From Candidatus Velthaea sp. (GTDB lineage: Bacteria; Vulcanimicrobiota; Vulcanimicrobiia; Vulcanimicrobiales; Vulcanimicrobiaceae): 64,000 nt of DNA. The notes under the pieces were generated by a model, which ran no database searches, was not told the origin of the DNA, and was given only the letters and a program-made list of their open reading frames with translations. Location of the stretch: NCBI GenBank assembly GCA_965214935.1, contig CBDCCS010000018.1:32001-96000 (forward strand), written 5' to 3'. The position numbers were made by a program, and so were the translations under genes. Below, piece after piece: positions 1-10,074 of the stretch; positions within the stretch are counted from its first letter, which is position 1, and every line of letters begins with the position of its first letter.

Positions 1-696
1 TTGCGCCGCACCGATTTCGACAACGTTCCGGTCAAGCCGCAACGGGTTTTTCAAGAAGTCAACGCCGCGTTCGACGACGACACCCAATTCGTCACGGCGA
101 TCGGTTTGTATCAAATCCTTTCGGGACAATTGCAAAAAATCAATAAGCCGCGTAATTACATTATTTGCGGTCAGGCCGGTCCGCTGGGTTGGGAAGTTTC
201 GGCGTGTACCGGTGCCAAGCTGGCGAATCCGCATAAGAAGGTCGTCGGCATCGTCGGTGATTACTCGCTGCAATTTCTCATTGAAGAACTCGCGGTTGCC
301 GCGCAGTATAAAATCCCGTTCGTTATGATTTTATTGAACAACGCCTATCTCGGTCTGATCCGTCAGGCTTCGATGCCGTATGGAATGGATTACGAGGTGT
401 CGCTAAGCTTTCAAAACGTCAATGCGCCGGAAATCGGCGAATACGGCGTCGATCATGTCAAGGCGGCAGAAGCAATGGGTTGCCGTGCGATCCGCGTTTT
501 CGATCCGGAGAAGATCGCCGCTGCAATCGTTTGGGCGAAAGCTGAATCGGAGCGTCTGGGCGTGCCGGTCATCGTCGAAGTCATCACCGAGCGCATTACC
601 AATATTGCCATGGGCACGGAAATCAACTCGATTCGCGAATTCGAAGAGATTGTCGACGTTCCGGCGGTCGCCGAACGCGAACCGCAACTCGTCTAA
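1..696 (+). CDS. gcl: Glyoxylate carboligase, C-terminal part (runs off window start)
   Basis: ThDP-binding region GDYSLQFLIEELAV...LNNAYLGLIRQ, CGQAGPLGW, and the Gcl-type C-terminus ERITNIAMGTEI; followed by hyi and glxR. Confidence 0.93.
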   Translation: MRRTDFDNVPVKPQRVFQEVNAAFDDDTQFVTAIGLYQILSGQLQKINKPRNYIICGQAGPLGWEVSACTGAKLANPHKKVVGIVGDYSLQFLIEELAVAAQYKIPFVMILLNNAYLGLIRQASMPYGMDYEVSLSFQNVNAPEIGEYGVDHVKAAEAMGCRAIRVFDPEKIAAAIVWAKAESERLGVPVIVEVITERITNIAMGTEINSIREFEEIVDVPAVAEREPQLV

Positions 697-701
697 GGAG
701 T

Positions 702-1502
702 TTGATCTTGCCGCGCTTCGCCGCCAACCTTACGATGCTCTTTACCGAGCACGCATTTCTCGATCGTTTTGCGGCCGCGTCGAACGCAGGTTTTCGCGGC
801 GTGGAATATCTGTTTCCCTATGAGTATCCAGTCGCCCAGATCGCGCACCGGTTGCAGGCTGCCGGCCTCGAGCAAGTGCTCTTCAATCTTCCCGCAGGCG
901 ATTGGGCCGCGGGCGAACGCGGCATCGCATGTCTGCCCGACCGCGTTGCGGAATTTCGCGCCGGAATTGCCACGGCAATACCGTATGCCGAGGCATTAGG
1001 CTGCTCGCGGGTAAACGCGTTGGCCGGTAAATGCCCGTCCGATCTCGCTCCGCAAGATGCACGCCGAACGTTCGTTTCCAATCTGCAGTACGCCGCAGCG
1101 GAATTAAAGCGCGCGGGTATAGCGCTCGTTATCGAAGCAATCAACACGTACGATATTCCGGGCTTCTTCCTTTCACGCTCCGATCAGGCGTTTCAAATCA
1201 TCGATGAAGTCGGGTCGGACAACTTGACGTTGCAATACGATATCTACCACATGCAGCGCATGGAAGGTGAACTGGCGGCAACGCTGCGCGCGCACATTGC
1301 CCGTATCGGGCACGTGCAGTTGGCCGACAATCCCGGCCGTCACGAGCCGGGCACGGGTGAGATTCATTATCCGTTTCTTTTTGATTGCCTCGATACGGCC
1401 GGCTATCGCGGCTGGGTCGGTGCGGAATACATACCGGCGGCCGAAACGGCGGCGGGTTTAGGTTGGGCGCAATCGTATTTGCAGCCGGCTCACGCCGGAT
1501 AA
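702..1502 (+). CDS. hyi: Hydroxypyruvate isomerase
   Basis: PRFAANLTMLFTE, GVEYLFPY, YDIYHMQRMEG, QLADNPGRHEPGTGEI; AAGGAG SD upstream. Confidence 0.95.
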   Translation: MILPRFAANLTMLFTEHAFLDRFAAASNAGFRGVEYLFPYEYPVAQIAHRLQAAGLEQVLFNLPAGDWAAGERGIACLPDRVAEFRAGIATAIPYAEALGCSRVNALAGKCPSDLAPQDARRTFVSNLQYAAAELKRAGIALVIEAINTYDIPGFFLSRSDQAFQIIDEVGSDNLTLQYDIYHMQRMEGELAATLRAHIARIGHVQLADNPGRHEPGTGEIHYPFLFDCLDTAGYRGWVGAEYIPAAETAAGLGWAQSYLQPAHAG

Positions 1503-1515
1503 AGGGCCACTGCAC

Positions 1516-2424
1516 GTGAGTAACGTCGGCTTTATCGGCCTAGGCATTATGGGGCGGCCGATGGCCGGTCATTTGCAGGCCGCCGGTCACACGCTTTTTC
1601 TTTATACGCACGGTAGCGTACCGCAAGAATTACTTGCCGCCGGCGGTGTTGCGTGCACTTCGGCTAAAGACGTCGCGGCGAAAAGCGAAATCATCATTAC
1701 GATGGTGCCCGATACGCCGAACGTCGCCGACGCGCTGTTTGGACCGGACGGTGTCGTGCAAGGGATCACGCCCGGTAAGATCGTCGTCGATATGAGCTCG
1801 ATCTCGCCGAGCGAAACCAAGAAATTTGCCGCGCGAATGAACGAAGCAGGCTGTACGTACTTTGATGCGCCGGTATCGGGCGGCGAAGTCGGCGCAAAAG
1901 CGGCGTCATTGACGATCATGGTCGGCGGTCCACAAGCGGAGTTCGAGCAAATCAAACCGCTGCTCGAAAAACTCGGCAAGAACGTAACGCTCGTCGGTGG
2001 AAACGGCGATGGCCAAACGACGAAAGTCGCCAACCAAATCATCGTCGCTTTAACGATCGAGGCGGTCGGGGAAGCGTTACTTTTTGCCTCGAAGGCAGGT
2101 GCGGATCCGGCGAAAGTCCGTGCGGCGCTCATGGGCGGTTTCGCGTCGTCGCGTATCCTCGAAGTGCACGGCCAACGGATGATCGAGCGCAACTTCGAGC
2201 CCGGCTTTCGCATCGCTCTGCATCAGAAAGATCTCAATCTCGCTTTGTCCGGTGCGCGCGAGCTGGGCATCGCATTGCCGAATACCGCGACGTGCCAGGA
2301 ACTTTTCAATTCGTGCGCCGCACACGGCGGTGCGGCGTGGGATCACTCGGCAATGGTACGGGCGCTCGAAATGATGGCTGCGCACACGGTGGCCGACGCG
2401 GCGGTGCCCGTCGACCACGCCTGA
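1516..2424 (+). CDS. glxR: 2-hydroxy-3-oxopropionate (tartronate semialdehyde) reductase
   Basis: GFIGLGIMG Rossmann motif, DAPVSGGEVGA, KVANQIIV, FRIALHQKDL; operon context. Confidence 0.93.
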   Translation: MSNVGFIGLGIMGRPMAGHLQAAGHTLFLYTHGSVPQELLAAGGVACTSAKDVAAKSEIIITMVPDTPNVADALFGPDGVVQGITPGKIVVDMSSISPSETKKFAARMNEAGCTYFDAPVSGGEVGAKAASLTIMVGGPQAEFEQIKPLLEKLGKNVTLVGGNGDGQTTKVANQIIVALTIEAVGEALLFASKAGADPAKVRAALMGGFASSRILEVHGQRMIERNFEPGFRIALHQKDLNLALSGARELGIALPNTATCQELFNSCAAHGGAAWDHSAMVRALEMMAAHTVADAAVPVDHA

Positions 2425-2432
2425 TTTACCGA

Positions 2433-3599
2433 GTGCGCCATATCGTCGTTGCACCGGATAAATTCAAAGGAAGTTTGTCGGCGCTCGCGGTCGCGCAAGC
2501 GATCGAGCGCGGTCTCCGGCGCGGATTTTCAACCGTTGGGCGGATCGAATTGATACCGATGGCCGACGGCGGTGAAGGGACCGTTGCGGCGTTCCTGGAG
2601 GGCGGATATAATGCCGAGCGGAGAACGGTTTGCGGTCCGCGCGGTGCTCGCGTCGACGCGCAGTACGCAGCGAACGGAAACGTCGCGGTGATTGAAATGG
2701 CGAGCGCGTCCGGCCTCGCGTTGTTGGCGGATGACGCTTACGACGCACGCACGGCAACGACGTTCGGAACGGGCGAACTCATTCGTGCTGCCCTCGACCG
2801 CGGCGCTACGCGCATCGTTGTCGGGATCGGCGGAAGCGCGACGAACGATGCCGGAGCGGGCATGCTCGTTGCCCTCGGAGCGCGCTTGCTGGACGGTCGC
2901 GGCGAACCGCTCAGCGACGGCGGCGCTGCGCTACGCGAGCTAGCGTCGATCGATCTCAGCCGCCTGGACGCGCGTCTGAGCGGCGTGCAATTCGAGGTCG
3001 CAGCCGACGTCGATAATCCGCTCTGCGGTCCGAACGGTGCGACGAGTATCTTTGGGCCGCAGAAGGGTGCGACGCCGGCCGACGTGGTCGAACTCGATGC
3101 GGCACTGCGTCATTTCGCCGATATCGCCGCATCGACCGTCGGGCGCGATTTTCGCGATGCGCCGGGCGCCGGCGCGGCCGGCGGTCTGGGCTTCGCGTGT
3201 CTTGCGTTTCTCAACGCGCAGCTGCGGCCGGGGGTTGAAATTGTCAGCGAATTACGCGGCTTAGACGCGGCGTTGAGCGGGGCAATGCTGTGTTGCAGCG
3301 GCGAAGGCCGGATCGACCGTCAAACGCTACGCGGAAAAACCGTTGCCGGGGTTGCGAAGATCGCCCGCCGCTATCATGTACCGCTTATTGCGTTCGCCGG
3401 CACGCTCGAAGCGCTCGCTGAAGAAGCATTGTTCGGCCACGGTATCACCTGCGTTCCGATCGTCGATGGGCCGATGCCGCTCGAGGCCGCGATGCGCGAT
3501 ACGGCGGTTTTGATCGAGCGTGCCGCGGCGCGCGTCGCTCGTATCTTCGAGGCAACCCGGGATCTTGCGCGGCTTAAGCCGCCGCATCCGGCGCCATGA
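2433..3599 (+). CDS. glxK: Glycerate kinase (class I)
   Basis: IVVAPDKFKGSL, PMADGGEGT, GIGGSATNDAG, GAAGGLG, GEGRIDRQT; GTG start at 2433. Confidence 0.92.
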   Translation: MRHIVVAPDKFKGSLSALAVAQAIERGLRRGFSTVGRIELIPMADGGEGTVAAFLEGGYNAERRTVCGPRGARVDAQYAANGNVAVIEMASASGLALLADDAYDARTATTFGTGELIRAALDRGATRIVVGIGGSATNDAGAGMLVALGARLLDGRGEPLSDGGAALRELASIDLSRLDARLSGVQFEVAADVDNPLCGPNGATSIFGPQKGATPADVVELDAALRHFADIAASTVGRDFRDAPGAGAAGGLGFACLAFLNAQLRPGVEIVSELRGLDAALSGAMLCCSGEGRIDRQTLRGKTVAGVAKIARRYHVPLIAFAGTLEALAEEALFGHGITCVPIVDGPMPLEAAMRDTAVLIERAAARVARIFEATRDLARLKPPHPAP

Positions 3600-4260
3600 C
3601 CGCCCGCTTCGTATTTGCAATGTGCAGCGACGTCGTTGTGATGACGGCCGCCTCGTCGTGCGCGCGCATTGCTTCGAGCATCGCTGCGTGCTCGGCAACG
3701 GTGGCATACCGGCGTTCGCTGGTCTTGAGCGCGATAAAACGCCACGGTAAAATGTCCGCACGTAGCTCACCGAGCATGCGCTTGAGACGATGCCCGTCGG
3801 CGAGTGCCAAAATGCGATCGTGGAATTGTGTATCGAGGCGTTCCATTTCACCGGCATCATCGACGTGCTGCAGCATGCGTTCGACGATTGCCGTCAGGGC
3901 GCTCAGATCGCGCGCCGTCGCACGCCGGGTGGCCCGTCGCGCAGCGAGCGTCTCGAGCGCTTCGCGAATCTCGAAGATACATTCCACTTCGTCGCGTTTG
4001 AGTTCGCGCACGACGGTTCCGCGCGCGCCGCGCGGCTCGAGCATGCCTTCGGTTTCCAGGCGACGTAGTGCTTCGCGAACCGGCGTGCGGCTGGCGCCGA
4101 GCGACGCCGCGATCTCGGTCTCGATCACCGCAGCCCCGGGCGCTAAATCGCCCGAGAGAATCGCTGCCCGCAATCGGCTGTACACCTGATCGCGCAACGA
4201 CCGGGGACGCGTCACTTGTGCGCCGAGTGTCGGCGTAGCGGACGCGCTGCGCGATGCCAT
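3574..4260 (-). CDS. GntR/FadR-family (FCD) transcriptional regulator
   Basis: N-terminal wHTH (SRTPVREALRRLETEG) plus FCD domain (IFEIREALE, LDTQFH, EHAAML); divergent from glcD. Confidence 0.92.
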   Translation of the reverse strand: MASRSASATPTLGAQVTRPRSLRDQVYSRLRAAILSGDLAPGAAVIETEIAASLGASRTPVREALRRLETEGMLEPRGARGTVVRELKRDEVECIFEIREALETLAARRATRRATARDLSALTAIVERMLQHVDDAGEMERLDTQFHDRILALADGHRLKRMLGELRADILPWRFIALKTSERRYATVAEHAAMLEAMRAHDEAAVITTTSLHIANTKRAVMAPDAAA

Positions 4261-4266
4261 GAAGCA

Positions 4267-4295
4267 ATGCTAAACGGCGGCCGGCGCGGCGTCAA
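4267..4295 (-). promoter_or_regulatory. Sigma70-type promoter of the GntR gene, probably leaderless
   Basis: Minus strand reads TTGACG-N17-TAGCAT-N6-ATG. Confidence 0.6.
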
Positions 4296-4300
4296 GTATT

Positions 4301-4373
4301 TTGGATCCAGTATCCCTTGACAGCCGGATAATTGTTTCTTACAGTTGGCAAACATTTCGGATACCGTATACAA
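4301..4373. promoter_or_regulatory. Two putative GntR operator boxes
   Basis: TTGGATCCAGTATCCC (4301-4316) and TCGGATACCGTATACAA (4357-4373) are related imperfect palindromes of the GnATACnGTATAC type, lying between the divergent gntR and glcD. Confidence 0.5.
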
Positions 4374-4394
4374 AATCGGGTAAGGACAGGTGTA

Positions 4395-5862
4395 ATGAGT
4401 GCGCTGACTGCCTCGCCGTCCGTTCATGCGCGTTTTCGCGGCAATCGTCGGCGAGCGTCAAACGATTACGGCAGCAAGCGAGCTTCGAACGTATGAATGC
4501 GACGGCCTGACCGGTATTCGCGTGCGTCCGGACGTCGTCGTCCTGCCCGAAACGACGCACCAGGTGGCCGCCTGCGTGAAACTCGCGCGCGAACTCGGCA
4601 TGCCGATCGTCGCGCGCGGCGCCGGGACCGGTCTTTCGGGCGGCGCGGTCCCCAGCGCGGGTCGATCGTGATCGGCCTTGCGCGAATGAAAAAGATGTTG
4701 ACGATCGACCTTGCCAACGAGCGAATTCTCGTGCAGTCCGGGGTCGTCAACCTCGATATAAGCCGGACGCTCGCGCCCCTCGGCTACTATTATGCGCCCG
4801 ATCCGTCCTCGCAAAGCGTCTGCTCGATCGGCGGCAACGTGGCCGAAAACTCCGGCGGCGCGCACTGTCTCAAATACGGCTTTACCGTCAATCATGCGGT
4901 CGGCGCGACCGTCGTTTTGGCGACCGGTGACATCGTGACGATCGGAGCCGCGTTCGCCGATCCCTCGGGCTACGACCTCATGGCCGTCGTTGTCGGTAGC
5001 GAAGGGATGCTCGGAATCGTCACCGAGGTGTGGCTACGCATTCTACGGCTGCCGCAGAAGACGCGCACGATTTTTGCGACCTTCCCGACACCGGCGCAAG
5101 GTGCCGCTGCGGTATCGGCGATCATCGCCGCCGGGATCATTCCGGCGGCCGTCGAGATGATGGATCAGCTTGCTATGGAAGCGATCGTCGCCGCTACGTC
5201 GGTTGATTGGCCGCTCGATGTCGGCGCGTCGTTGCTCGTCGACGTCGACGGGTCGGCAGCCGAAGTGGATCATACGGCCGAAGCTGCCGAAGCGCTAATT
5301 CGCGCGGCTGGTGCGCTCGACGTACGCAGTCCGCGCGACGCCGCCGAACGAGCGTTGATGTGGAAAGGCCGCAAAAGCGCCTTTGCCGCCGTCGGCCGGA
5401 TCAGTCCGAATTACATCGTTCAAGACGGTGTCGTGCCGCGTAAGGAAATCTCGGCGGTGCTGCTCGAAATTGCCGCCGTTGCTGCGGCGGCCGGCTTGCG
5501 TGTCGCCAACGTGTTCCATGCCGGCGACGGCAACCTGCATCCGCTCGTCCTGTTCGATGCGAGCATCGAAGGCGAGGAAGCGCGTGCCGAACATGTCGGC
5601 GGTGAGATCTTGCGGATTTGCATGCAGCACGGCGGTTCGATAACCGGCGAACATGGCGTGGGCCTCGACAAGCAGTCCTATATGGGCGAATTGTTCACCG
5701 ACGAAGATCTCGAAACGATGAACTTCGTCCGTTGCGCATTCGATCCCGGACCGCGCGCTCAACCCGGGCAAAGTGTTCCCGACGCCGCGCCTGTGCGGTG
5801 ACCGGCCCGGCACGTACGTGCCGTCCAGCTTCGAGGCCGCCGGCGTGGCCGGGCGCGGATGA
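4395..5862 (+). CDS. glcD: Glycolate oxidase FAD subunit, with apparent frameshifts near 4433, 4660 and 5750
   Basis: Pieces in different frames join: ARGAGTGLSGGA, APDPSSQSVCSIGGNVAENSGGAHCLKYG, HAGDGNLHP, GEHGVG, LNPGKVFP. The corrected stop TGA overlaps the glcE ATG. Confidence 0.85.
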
Positions 5863-7032
5863 ACGCAGCGGTCGCGCGCCTCGAGCCGCAGACGCCGCGA
5901 GCAGCGGCCGGGCTCATGCGCGAAGCCGTCCGCGATGGATTTCGTGTCGGTGTACGCGGCGGCGGTACGAACGGCCCCGGAGCGTTCAACGTCGATGCGG
6001 TGCTCGAAACGCGCGGCATGCGCCGGATCGTCGAGTATGCGCCTGAAGATCAGACGGTTAGCGTCGAAGCCGGCATCACGTTTGCCGAACTGCAGCGGGC
6101 GCTCGCGCTACACGGACAACGGCTCATCGTCGAATCAGCGCAGCCCGAACGCGCGACGATCGGCGGTGCCATCGCCGCCAACGTCTTCGGCCCCCGGCGC
6201 TTAACGTACGGTACGCTCAAAGATCTCATTCTCGGCGTCGGGCTGGTGCGCGCCGACGGCGTCGAGGCGCATGCCGGCGGAAAAGTCGTGAAGAACGTGG
6301 CCGGCTTCGACCTGTCGAAATTAATGGTCGGGTCGTTCGGCACGCTGGCGGTTGTTACCGCCGCGACGCTGCGAGTTCATCCGCTGGCCGAACGAACGCG
6401 GGCGTTTCGCGTCGCCGAACTCGCACCGGGCGAGGTTTGGTCGCTTGTAATTGCGCTTCGCAAGGCGTTGCTCGAACCGGCCGCCGTGATAGCGCATCGC
6501 GATCCCGAGCGAGCGCGTTACGATGTCGACGTTCTGTTCGAGGGCTTCGCCGTGGGTGTGGCAGCGAAAGTCGATGCTTTTGCGGCGCTCGCTGCAAGCG
6601 AAGGCCGGCGCTTTGCCGAGCGCGACGCAATCGGGGTCGAGCGCACGGACGCCGCGGTGAGGGCTGCCGAACCGCTACGCTTTCGCGCAAGCACTCCGCC
6701 CGCGGAGTTCGCGGCGGTCGATGAAGCCGTCATCGCGCCGTTGCTGGCGGCACTCGCCGGCGGCGTTTGCCGTTGCCTATCCCGCGCTTGGAACAGCCTT
6801 TATCGCGGGCGCACCTCGGTCGGCCGACGCTATTGCAGCGCAGCTGGCATACAGTCGCGGTCATGCAGAACGGCACGGCGGATCGATCGTCGTCGAAATG
6901 TTGCCGCCGCAAGCGCAGACGCTCGAACGCTGGGGCACGCCGCCTGCGTCTTTTGCGCTCATGCAACAACTCAAAGCACGTTTCGATCCGGACGGCCGGC
7001 TGAACCCCGGTTCGTTCATCGGAGGATTGTAA
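5859..7032 (+). CDS. glcE: Glycolate oxidase FAD-binding subunit, one apparent frameshift near 6770
   Basis: ATIGG, GGKVVKNVAGFDLSKLMVGSFGTL; the C-terminus LKARFDPDGRLNPG is in ORF 6721..7032. Confidence 0.85.
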
Positions 7033-8330
7033 TGACACTTTCGATCGGCGGCGAGCCGGCGCGAACAACAACCGATCTTATTTCCGATTGCGTTCACTGC
7101 GGTTTCTGTTTGCCGGCATGTCCGACGTATGCATCGTGGGGCGACGAGATGGACTCGCCGCGCGGGCGCATCGACTTGATGAAAGGGCTCGATACCGGCG
7201 TCATCGTGCTCGACGATCGGACCGTCGCGCACTTCGATCAGTGTCTGGGGTGCATGGCATGCGTGACGGCATGTCCGTCGGGCGTGCGGTACGACCTGCT
7301 GATCGAATCAACGCGCGCGACGATCGAGCACACGTATCCGCGCACGTTAAGCGACAAACTGTTTCGCGAGTTGATATTTGCGCTGTTCCCGTATCCCGGC
7401 CGGCTGCGACTGGCCGCACTACCGCTCGGTGCATACGTGAAAACGGGCGTGCAGGGACTCGTGCGCCGTTTGCGGCTGACGCGCTTCTTACCGGCTCGCT
7501 TCGCGCAGCTCGAAGCGCTCACGCCGCCGGTCGTCAAAGAGACTAAGCTTCAAGCATTCTACCCGGCGACAACGAAGATTGCGCGGGCGCGTGTTGCGCT
7601 TATCGCCGGCTGCGTGCAGCGCGTCTTCTTTCCAAACGTGAACGACGCCACGATTCGCGTGCTGACCGCCGAAGGCTGCGACGTGGTCGTACCGCAACAG
7701 CAAGGTTGTTGCGGGGCGCTTTCACTGCACAGCGGCCGCGATGTGGAAGCCAAGCGCTTCGCCGCTGCGCTCATCGAGGCGTTCGAACGCGAGCGCGTCG
7801 ATGCAATCATCATCAATGCTGCCGGCTGCGGCTCGACGCTTAAAGAATACGCCGAACTCTTTGCAGCCGATGACGTCTGGCGCGAGCGAGCCCGCGCCTT
7901 TTCCGATAAGGTCAGCGACATCAACGAGTATCTCGCCGCGCTCGAACCGGTCGCCGTGCGCAAGCCGATCGCTAGGCGCGTGGCTTATCACGATGCATGT
8001 CACCTTGCCCACGCGCAGCGCATACGTTCGCAGCCGCGCGCGTTACTGGGCGGCATACCCGGACTCGAACTCATCGAAATTCCAGACGGCGAGCAGTGTT
8101 GCGGAAGCGCCGGAACCTACAATCTTTTCCAGCCGAAAAGCGCGCTGGAAATCGGGGAACGCAAGGTCGATAATATCTTGTCGACCGCCCCAACGCTGCT
8201 GGCCAGTGCAAATCCGGGCTGCACGCTGCAAATACAATCCGTCTTACGGCAGCGTAACATCGAGTTGCGTGCGGCGCATCCGATTGAGATTCTCGACGCG
8301 TCAATTAACGGAGTGCCGCTACCCGCTTAA
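7032..8330 (+). CDS. glcF: Glycolate oxidase iron-sulfur subunit
   Basis: CVHCGFCLPACP and CLGCMACVTACPSGV ferredoxin motifs, CCG domains, HDACHLAHAQ; GGAGG SD and TAATG overlap with glcE. Confidence 0.92.
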   Translation: MTLSIGGEPARTTTDLISDCVHCGFCLPACPTYASWGDEMDSPRGRIDLMKGLDTGVIVLDDRTVAHFDQCLGCMACVTACPSGVRYDLLIESTRATIEHTYPRTLSDKLFRELIFALFPYPGRLRLAALPLGAYVKTGVQGLVRRLRLTRFLPARFAQLEALTPPVVKETKLQAFYPATTKIARARVALIAGCVQRVFFPNVNDATIRVLTAEGCDVVVPQQQGCCGALSLHSGRDVEAKRFAAALIEAFERERVDAIIINAAGCGSTLKEYAELFAADDVWRERARAFSDKVSDINEYLAALEPVAVRKPIARRVAYHDACHLAHAQRIRSQPRALLGGIPGLELIEIPDGEQCCGSAGTYNLFQPKSALEIGERKVDNILSTAPTLLASANPGCTLQIQSVLRQRNIELRAAHPIEILDASINGVPLPA

Positions 8331-8370
8331 TTTCCTTTCATGACTTAATTTCGCGGCCGGCCTGCGGGTC

Positions 8371-8399
8371 TTGACGGTTAATTTGCCGCACGGTATAAG
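8371..8399 (+). promoter_or_regulatory. Sigma70-type promoter of the permease gene
   Basis: TTGACG-N17-TATAAG upstream of GAGAGGA SD and ATG 8428. Confidence 0.65.
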
Positions 8400-8427
8400 C
8401 AACGCGTCAATTTAGAGAGGATCTCGC

Positions 8428-10032
8428 ATGTTCCAACAACTGCTTACGCCCGTTGGAGGCGCGTTGCTGCCGTCGTTTCTCGTTGCAACGCTGCCGATCG
8501 TCGCGGTGCTCGTCGGGCTCGGCGTATTGCGCCGGCCCGCCTGGCAGGCGTCGTTAGCCGGGTTAATCGTCGGGCTTATCATTGCAATCGGCGTCTGGCA
8601 GTTTCCGCTCGGCCTCGCATTCGCAAGCGTCGCTAACGGCGCGACGTTTGCCGTTTGGCCGATCATGTGGATCGTCTTCAACGCCTTACTGCTCTACAAC
8701 ATTGCCGTGAAATCCGGCCGGTTCGATGCTTTTCGCGACTGGCTACTCAATTATTTACCGAATGACCGGCGCGTCATACTCATCGTCGTCGGTTTCTGTT
8801 TCGGTGCGTTGCTCGAAGGGATCGCCGGCTTCGGGACGCCGGTGGCGATCACGAGTTCATTGTTGATCATGGTCGGCTTTCCGGCCCTCGACGCGCTAAT
8901 CTTCACGCTTATCTTCGATACGGCCCCCGTTGCCTTCGGTGCGCTCGGCGTGCCGATCACGGTGCTCGGAGCGGTGACGCACTTATCGCCGACGGTCTTA
9001 GGCGCGATGGTCGGGCGGCAGCTCCCGTTTTTCGCCTTCTTATTGCCGTTTTATGTCATTACCGTTTACGGCGGATTGCGATCCGTGCGGGCGCTTTGGC
9101 CGGTTCTCCTCGTGGCCGGCGGCAGCTTCGCGATCGTGCAGTTCGTGTGCTCGAACTATGTCAACTATTCGCTCACGGACGTGCTATCGTCGATGGGCGC
9201 CCTCATCGTCACGCTGCTCTTCCTGCAGCGCTGGAAACCGGCGCCCGACCCGAAGTTCAGCGTTCGCGATGCAGGTCTGCTGCGCACGGACAGTGCGCGT
9301 CACTCGCTGTGGGAAGCGTGGTCGCCTTGGATCATCGTATCGGCGACGGTTATCATCTGGACGACGTTCGGCATCTTCAAAGCGGGTGACACGAAAATCC
9401 CGTGGCCCGGTTTACATAACGCGGTTTCAATCACGCTGTACAAGAATGTGCCGTATGCGGCGATCTGGGACTTTCAGCCGCTCGCAACCGGTACGGCCAT
9501 TTTGCTGGCTGCAATCGTTACGGCGATGGTCGTACGCTTACCTCGACCCGAATTCTTTCGTAGCGCCGCGTCGACGTGGAAGCAAATTCAAATTGCCGTC
9601 TTGACCGTCATGCTCATTTTAGCGCTGGCCTATCTGATGAACTATTCGGGTTTAAATTACACGCTGGGACTCGGCGTTGCATCGGTCGGCCCGCTCTTCG
9701 TGCTGCTCTCGCCATTTCTTGGCTGGGTTGCGGTGTTGCTGTCGGGCAGCGATACGTCGGGTAATGCGCTGTTCGGTAACCTGCAAGTCGTGGCGGCAAA
9801 TCAGCTCAAGCTCGACCCGGTGCTTTTCGCTGCAACAAACTCATCAGGCGGTGTAATGGGCAAGATGATTTCGCCGCAGAATCTCGCCACCGGTACGTCG
9901 GTTACCGATCTCAAAGGCAAAGAAGGCGTCGTGTTCGCACGCACGTTTCCGCATAGCATCATCTTGACCGTCTTACTCGGTCTGCTCGTCGCGCTGCAGC
10001 AGTACGTCTTCCCGTGGATCATACCTCACTAA
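8428..10032 (+). CDS. L-lactate/glycolate permease (LctP/GlcA family)
   Basis: FGALLEGIAGFGTPVAI, LSGSDTSGNALFGNLQ, NSSGGVMGKMISPQN; many TM helices. Confidence 0.92.
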   Translation: MFQQLLTPVGGALLPSFLVATLPIVAVLVGLGVLRRPAWQASLAGLIVGLIIAIGVWQFPLGLAFASVANGATFAVWPIMWIVFNALLLYNIAVKSGRFDAFRDWLLNYLPNDRRVILIVVGFCFGALLEGIAGFGTPVAITSSLLIMVGFPALDALIFTLIFDTAPVAFGALGVPITVLGAVTHLSPTVLGAMVGRQLPFFAFLLPFYVITVYGGLRSVRALWPVLLVAGGSFAIVQFVCSNYVNYSLTDVLSSMGALIVTLLFLQRWKPAPDPKFSVRDAGLLRTDSARHSLWEAWSPWIIVSATVIIWTTFGIFKAGDTKIPWPGLHNAVSITLYKNVPYAAIWDFQPLATGTAILLAAIVTAMVVRLPRPEFFRSAASTWKQIQIAVLTVMLILALAYLMNYSGLNYTLGLGVASVGPLFVLLSPFLGWVAVLLSGSDTSGNALFGNLQVVAANQLKLDPVLFAATNSSGGVMGKMISPQNLATGTSVTDLKGKEGVVFARTFPHSIILTVLLGLLVALQQYVFPWIIPH

Positions 10033-10074
10033 TTGAGACGATCGTTGCTTCGTGCGCGGCGCCGCCGATCTTGG

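Noticed and set aside
5859..8330. Apparent 823-aa GlcE-GlcF fusion in the ORF track
   Set aside because: A frameshift near 6770 causes it; the real GlcE C-terminus is in another frame ending at 7032, and glcF has its own SD and ATG.
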